Assembly: GCA_963775425.1 (NCBI GenBank) | Contig: CAVZJB010000005.1 | Location: 704,001-768,000, forward strand | Source: an uncultured delta proteobacterium | GTDB taxonomy: Bacteria; Myxococcota; UBA727; VGSZ01 | Direction of reading: 5' to 3' | Length of the DNA: 64,000 bases | In this document: positions 58,915 to 64,000 of the stretch, in pieces | Layout of the letters: each line of letters opens with the position of its first letter | Position numbering within the stretch: the first letter of the stretch is position 1 | Notes under the pieces: generated by a model | Databases searched by the model: none | Seen by the model: the letters and a program-made list of their open reading frames with translations, nothing else | What the model was told of the DNA's origin: nothing | Translations under genes and position numbers: made by a program

Positions 58915-59868
58915 ATGACAAGCGAAGCGTCGCTGATCGGGCGTATCCGCAAGGTGTTCGGCGGGCTGGTGGCGCCGGGGGCGTACGAGTTCGTCGACGA
59001 CGCCGCCATGATCCCCCCCGTCGTCGGCCACCGCGCGCGCGTGATCACCACGGACATGGTGGTCGAGGGCGTCGACTTCGATCGCGCGCTCTACCCGCTC
59101 GCGTACGCCGGCTTTCGCGCGCTCGCGCAGAACCTCTCCGACGTCGCGGCCATGGGCGCCGTGCCGGTGGGCTTCGTGTGGTCGCTCGCAGTGCCGCCGT
59201 CGTTCAGCGACGACGACGTCGAGGAATTCGCGCGCGGCGCCGCCATCCTCGCCAAGATCCGCAGGGTGCCGATCTACGGCGGCGACTTCTCGTCGACGCC
59301 CGGCCCCATGGTCTGCGCCGTCACCGCCTTCGGCGACGTCGAGGGCGTCCCCGTGCGCAGGAGCGGCGCGCGCCCCGGCGACGAGGTGTGGCTGAGCGGC
59401 CCCGTCGGCGCCAGCGCGGCGGGCCTGCGCCTCCTCGGCGGGCGCGCGCTCGAGCAGGGCGGCGGCCCCGTCGACACGGACGCCTTCGAGTCCTGGCTGC
59501 GCGCGCTCCCCGACGACGCCGCCGCCTGCGTCCGCGCCCATGTCCGCCCCGTCCCCGGCGACGGCGCGCCGCTCGCGGGCGTCGCCACCGCGTGCATCGA
59601 CGTCAGCGACGGCCTCGCCCTCGACGCCGCGCGCCTCGCGCAGGCCTCGGGCGTGCGCCTCGACCTCGACGAGGTGCCGGTGGCGCCCGGCGCCACCCAC
59701 GATGAGGCGTGGCACGGCGGCGAGGACTTCAAGCTCCTCGTCACCGCGCCGCCGCGCCAGAGGATCGAAGACGCCGTCCGCGTCGGGGTCGTGGCCGCCG
59801 GCGCCGGCGTCACCGAGAAGGGCGCGCGCGTGGAGCCGCGCGGCTGGGATCACTTCTCGAGCAGGTAG
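58915..59868 (+). CDS. thiL: Thiamine-monophosphate kinase
   Basis: DDAA, TTDM.VEGVDF, NLSDVAAMGA, GGD, RRSGA.PGD, IDVSDGL, GGEDF, GWDHF (alternative ATG at 58903). Confidence 0.93.
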   Translation: MTSEASLIGRIRKVFGGLVAPGAYEFVDDAAMIPPVVGHRARVITTDMVVEGVDFDRALYPLAYAGFRALAQNLSDVAAMGAVPVGFVWSLAVPPSFSDDDVEEFARGAAILAKIRRVPIYGGDFSSTPGPMVCAVTAFGDVEGVPVRRSGARPGDEVWLSGPVGASAAGLRLLGGRALEQGGGPVDTDAFESWLRALPDDAAACVRAHVRPVPGDGAPLAGVATACIDVSDGLALDAARLAQASGVRLDLDEVPVAPGATHDEAWHGGEDFKLLVTAPPRQRIEDAVRVGVVAAGAGVTEKGARVEPRGWDHFSSR

Positions 59869-60227
59869 GCCTCGGCCTCCGCGCGGTCGCGCGCCACCTT
59901 GATGTCGCGGCGGCCGGCGCCGCGCAGCACGGCCCCGATGAGCAGGCGCATGGTGGGGCTCACGCCGTAGACGGCGCTCCGCTTGATGAGGTGCGCCTGC
60001 GACTTCACGTGACGCGCGAGGGCCCAACGGGCGGAGAGGGAGCCGTCGCCGACGTCGGTGACGTCGGTGAGGTGCAACAGCGGCGCGAGCTGCTCCATGA
60101 GCGGCAGCGCGTCCGCGCGGTACGCCTCGACGGTGGCCGGCGTGAAGTCGCCGCGCAGCGTGACGAAGTAGATGCCGTCGTCGGTGTGCTCGACGACGTA
60201 GTTGTCCCGCTCGACCAAGACAGCCAT
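59850..60227 (-). CDS. Small STAS/SpoIIAA-like (STAS/SEC14) domain protein
   Basis: 125 aa alpha/beta pattern ending ..AVYG.....R....AV......EAEAYL; 3' end overlaps thiL by 19 nt. Confidence 0.7.
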   Translation of the reverse strand: MAVLVERDNYVVEHTDDGIYFVTLRGDFTPATVEAYRADALPLMEQLAPLLHLTDVTDVGDGSLSARWALARHVKSQAHLIKRSAVYGVSPTMRLLIGAVLRGAGRRDIKVARDRAEAEAYLLEK

Positions 60228-60340
60228 GGCGCGCCCCCCGGCACCGGCGCTTACCACGACCCGGCCCCGCGCGCCCCCGCGTCGACGCGCGCGGCGGGCG
60301 CCCCGGGGACGGGGCCGGGCAAACGTGGCATCTGCGCACG

Positions 60341-61951
60341 GTGTCGACCGAAGCTGAGCGCCGGCGCGCGCGCGCCCTCGAAAACGCCCTCATCGCCAAC
60401 GTGGTCGTCCACGTCCTCGCGCTCGCGTCGATGGCGCTCCTCCTCCTGCCCGCGCTGCCGGGGGGAACCTCCGCCGCCGCCGGCGCGCGCGTGGCCTGTA
60501 TCGGGGAGCACCCGTGGCTGTTCCGCCTCGGTTGGCTCCCCTGGCAGCTCTGCGCCGCCGCCGACCTCGCCCTCGCCGTCACCATGGTGCGCGCGCGCTT
60601 CCTGCCGCGGACATCAGCGGTGCTCGCCCTCGTCTTCACGGCGATCGCCGTGGTCCCCGACCAGACCGCGGAGGCCCTGTGGGTCACGCGCGGCGTCTCC
60701 CTCGCCGGCGCCGGTGACGTCGACGCGTACCTGTCGTTCGAGCGCGCGATCTTTCCGTGGAGCGCCGGCGTGGGCGCGCTCTTTTATACGCTCGGCGCGC
60801 TCGCCGAGACGGCGTGCTTCGTCCGCGCGCGCACCTGGTCGCGCGCGCTCACCGTCGTCAGCGTGCCGCTGTGGGCGGCGATGCTCCTGGCGTCGCTGTC
60901 GCCGCTCGCCGCGGCCGTCGTGCCCGCCGCGTGGAGGCCGTCGGCGGGCTTCGTCGCCGGAGCCAACGCGGTCGGCTTCGCGCTGCTCGTGCCCTGGCTC
61001 GTCCTCGTCAGCGAGCAGGTGCTGCGGCGCGCGCGCCCCGACACGCCGTCGGGCCGCCGCGCGCGCTGGCGCTACCCGCGGCCCCCGCAAGGAGCGCTGC
61101 GGGGCGCGCTCGCGGCCGGGTGCGACGCCGTCGCCAACAGCCGCTTCCTCGAGCGGGCGCTCGGACTGCTGCCCGTGCCCGAGATGCTGAGCGACATCAC
61201 CGACGTCATCTACGTCAACTACCTCGTCCCCGCCGCCGCCGCGGAGCCGTTCGTCCCCGAGGGCCTCGCGCTGCAGCGGCTCGGCCCCGGTAAAGACCAC
61301 GCGCTCTTCACCTTCCTGAGCTACCGCCACGGCGGCTTCGGCCCCGGCCTCCTCGGGCCGCTGAGGCGGCTCCTGCCGTCGCCCGTCCAATCCAACTGGC
61401 GCGTCCACGTCGTGGACCCCGTGAGCGGGCGGCGCGGCGTCACGTTCCTCACCAACGCCGTGAGCATGCTGCCGCACGCGCTCGGGGCGAGGCTCTTGTC
61501 CGGCGGCATGCCCATGCACCTGTTCGATCGCGCCTCGATCACGCGCGCGGACGACGGCGCGACAATCCTCGTTCTCGACCCCGGCACCGGCAGCGCGCCC
61601 GACGCCCGCTGCGCGCTGCGCCCGTCGTCACAGCCGCCGGCGCTGTCGGGCGCGTGGCAGGCGTGCTTCGGGGACTTCCGCGGCTTCCTCGCCTATTGCG
61701 TGCCGCAGGATCGCGCGCTGTCGAGCGACCCGCTGCTGTCACGGGTGGTGCGCCAGGAGATCCACCTCGGCATCCCCCTCGACGCCTGCACGCCGCTCGA
61801 GGGCACCGTGGTCTCCGCCGCCGCGCGCGCCATCGCCGGAGACGCGGCGCCGCTGTGCTTCCACGTCGCGGCCGTGTCGTTTCGCTTCGCCGGCGAGCAC
61901 CACGACCCGCTCGGCCCTCAGCCGGCGCCGGCGGCGGGCGTGAACCAGTAG
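60341..61951 (+). CDS. Membrane protein fused to DUF2071/YqjF-like (acetoacetate-decarboxylase-like fold) domain
   Basis: About five N-terminal TMs; DVIYVNYLVP...VPEGL.L, QSNWR.HV, GVTFL. Confidence 0.75.
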   Translation: MSTEAERRRARALENALIANVVVHVLALASMALLLLPALPGGTSAAAGARVACIGEHPWLFRLGWLPWQLCAAADLALAVTMVRARFLPRTSAVLALVFTAIAVVPDQTAEALWVTRGVSLAGAGDVDAYLSFERAIFPWSAGVGALFYTLGALAETACFVRARTWSRALTVVSVPLWAAMLLASLSPLAAAVVPAAWRPSAGFVAGANAVGFALLVPWLVLVSEQVLRRARPDTPSGRRARWRYPRPPQGALRGALAAGCDAVANSRFLERALGLLPVPEMLSDITDVIYVNYLVPAAAAEPFVPEGLALQRLGPGKDHALFTFLSYRHGGFGPGLLGPLRRLLPSPVQSNWRVHVVDPVSGRRGVTFLTNAVSMLPHALGARLLSGGMPMHLFDRASITRADDGATILVLDPGTGSAPDARCALRPSSQPPALSGAWQACFGDFRGFLAYCVPQDRALSSDPLLSRVVRQEIHLGIPLDACTPLEGTVVSAAARAIAGDAAPLCFHVAAVSFRFAGEHHDPLGPQPAPAAGVNQ

Positions 61952-62703
61952 TCGTGCGTCACGAACAGCACACCGAAGAGGCGCTGCTCGTGGCGCCCGA
62001 CGAGGACGGTGCCGGGGACGCGGGCGGCGTCGGGGGCGCCCGGGGCGCCGGGCGGAAAGAGCGCGAGGCGCTCGGAGAAGGGTGAGGGGATTGGGAGCCC
62101 GCCGACGACGAGCCAGACGCCGGCGCCGTCGCCGCGCCCCGAGGAGCTGAGCACCACGCCGATGCCCGCGTCGTCGCCGGCGTCACCTTGCGGGTCGAGC
62201 CGCAAGAAGCCCGCGACGTGTCCGCCGGGCTGCGGGAACGCCGCGCTCATCAGGTGCACGCCGCCACGCACGCACACGGCGTACGCGACGGCCTGAAACG
62301 GCGCGCCGTCGTCGTAGGTGCGCACCACCGCCCGGGCGCCGGGGCGGCCGTCGCGGGCGGCGTCGAGGGCGGCGACGCGGGTGACGATGCGCCCGCGCGC
62401 CACCGGCAGGACGAATTGGCCGATGGCGCGCGCCGCGGGGCGCGCGACGCGCCACAGGAGGGAGAACGGGAAGCGCCAGTGGCTCTCGACGTCGAGGACG
62501 AGGCCCGCCGTGTCCTCGAAGAAGCGCGCCACGGCCGGGTGCACGCGCGCCGTGTCGATGCCCGGGTGCGAGAGGTCGGCGAGCGCGTCGACGACGCCGC
62601 GCGGGTCGGCGCCGGACGGCGCGCGGGCGACGGCGCCGCGACGCTCGAAGAAGTCCGCGCCGATGCGCGGCCCTCCAATCCAGCGGCTGAAGCGGCGCGG
62701 CAC
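61918..62703 (-). CDS. Hypothetical protein, resembling the soluble domain of YndJ-like proteins
   Basis: VHP.V.RFFE.T, W..PF, VAFP.PGG-like motif, HEQR.FG..F.T.DY; TACCCT 6 nt before GTG 62703. Confidence 0.6.
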   Translation of the reverse strand: MPRRFSRWIGGPRIGADFFERRGAVARAPSGADPRGVVDALADLSHPGIDTARVHPAVARFFEDTAGLVLDVESHWRFPFSLLWRVARPAARAIGQFVLPVARGRIVTRVAALDAARDGRPGARAVVRTYDDGAPFQAVAYAVCVRGGVHLMSAAFPQPGGHVAGFLRLDPQGDAGDDAGIGVVLSSSGRGDGAGVWLVVGGLPIPSPFSERLALFPPGAPGAPDAARVPGTVLVGRHEQRLFGVLFVTHDYWFTPAAGAG

Positions 62704-62780
62704 CCAGCGAGGGTACGCCGCCGCCGACGCCGCCGGCGCGGATTTGCCTCGCCGGGCACCGGCCACATACGCTCCGGCGC

Positions 62781-64000
62781 ATGCAGCGTGGGCGGCTCGC
62801 ACTCAAGATCCTCCTCGGCAACGCCATCACGGTGGTCGCCGCCGTGGGGCTCTACGTCGTCGTCCAGTGGGGCCTGCAGACGGCGCCGCTCGAGTTCCAG
62901 TCGGTGGCCATCTTCGCCGGCCTCCTCGCCGTCGTCGCCCTCGCCCTGTCGTTTTGGTACTCGCGCGTCATCACCAAGAACATCGAGACGCTCTACGAGT
63001 CGGCGTCGTCGATCTCGCGCGGCGACCTCTCGCGCCTCGTGCAGTTCGAGGTCCCCTCGCGCATGCCCGACGAGGTCGACTCCCTCGCCGGCGCCATCAA
63101 CCAGATGCTCGAGAACCTGCGCGAGCTGGTGTCCCGCCTGCAAAAGACCGCCCGCCACGTCGCCTCCAGCGCCAACACGCTGTCGGCCGCCGCCGAGCGG
63201 GTGACCACCGCCAACAACGGCGTCGCCACGTCGGTGAGCTCCATCGCGCGCTCCGCCGAGCTTCAGCGCGAATTGGTGCTCAAGGCCTCGCAGCTCATGA
63301 AGGAGATCGCCGACGGCATCGAGAAGTCGGCGGCCGCCGCCGAGGCCGCCGCCCGCGCCGTGGCCGAGACGCACACGGCGGCGCGCACGGGCACCGAGGT
63401 CGCCAACCTCGCCGTCGAGAAGCTCCACCAGGTGTTCGAGAAGGTGGAGCAGGCGAGCGAGCGCGTGTTCGCGTTCGGCGAGAAGAGCCAGGCCATCGGC
63501 AAGATCGTCGACGTCATCACGCAGATCTCGCAGCGCACCAACCTGCTCGCGCTGAACGCCACCATCGAGGCCGCGCGCGCCGGCGAGTACGGCCGCGGCT
63601 TCGCCGTCGTCGCCGACGAGGTGCGCAAGCTCGCCGAGTCGTCGGGGCGATCCGCCGATCAGATCACGGTGCTCTTGAGCGATTTGCGCAAGGACGCCGA
63701 TCTCGCCGTGCAGGGCATGAGCGACTCCACCAGCGATCTGCAAGCCAGCCGTGAGGACCTCCGCTCCATCATCCAGTCGCTCGACGGCATCGTGGCGTCC
63801 GCGCTCCGCGGCGCCGAGAAGGCCGAGCAGATCGCGCGCTCGTCGTCGGGGCAGTTGCAGGGCTCGCAGGAGATGGTCACCGCCATCGGCCACATCTCGG
63901 ACCTCGCCAAGCAGAACGCGTCGTCGACGGAAGAGGTGCAAAAGGCCACCGCGAACCAGACGGTGGTGATGGAGAGGCTGTCGTCGTCGGCGCTGGAGCT
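62781..64000 (+). CDS. difA: DifA-like methyl-accepting chemotaxis protein (partial, runs off the window end)
   Basis: Absent from the ORF track because it has no stop in the window; translated by hand: [13 protein letters not shown], two TMs with a short loop, HAMP ([28 protein letters not shown]), [41 protein letters not shown]. Confidence 0.88.
   Translation, partial: MQRGRLALKILLGNAITVVAAVGLYVVVQWGLQTAPLEFQSVAIFAGLLAVVALALSFWYSRVITKNIETLYESASSISRGDLSRLVQFEVPSRMPDEVDSLAGAINQMLENLRELVSRLQKTARHVASSANTLSAAAERVTTANNGVATSVSSIARSAELQRELVLKASQLMKEIADGIEKSAAAAEAAARAVAETHTAARTGTEVANLAVEKLHQVFEKVEQASERVFAFGEKSQAIGKIVDVITQISQRTNLLALNATIEAARAGEYGRGFAVVADEVRKLAESSGRSADQITVLLSDLRKDADLAVQGMSDSTSDLQASREDLRSIIQSLDGIVASALRGAEKAEQIARSSSGQLQGSQEMVTAIGHISDLAKQNASSTEEVQKATANQTVVMERLSSSALE

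Overview
Very high-GC chromosomal segment, most likely from a Myxococcota (myxobacteria-like) organism. This assignment is inferred from a DifA-like MCP, an FHA-sigma54 activator, Hanks kinases, a MXAN_2561/2562-like gene and a PilT paralog. The window holds about 50 real genes; most long entries in the ORF track are antisense or off-frame shadows. Housekeeping genes (addAB, glcD-like, pyrG, panE, trxC, queD, asd, thiL) are mixed with signalling and envelope genes. I saw no rRNA, tRNA, CRISPR array or transposase. Main observations: (1) A module at 50.9-57.7 kb comprising an ECF sigma factor, a zinc-less membrane anti-sigma, an exported caspase-family protease with an intact His-Cys dyad, and two flanking (GE)n/Ig-repeat lipoproteins; both divergent transcription units carry the identical motif GATCGC-N15-GCGTAGC. 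(2) A gene at 39968-41858, interrupted by one extra G, that reads as a polyprotein: an Fn3-like surface domain, a MYXO-CTERM-like anchor, an internal second signal peptide and an outer-membrane beta-barrel. (3) Eleven genes have TANNNT exactly 6-7 nt before the start codon, suggesting pervasive leaderless transcription. (4) A 5'-truncated GH44 relic, a pseudokinase and several unusual domain architectures. All family assignments come from motif recognition by eye; no database searches were run.
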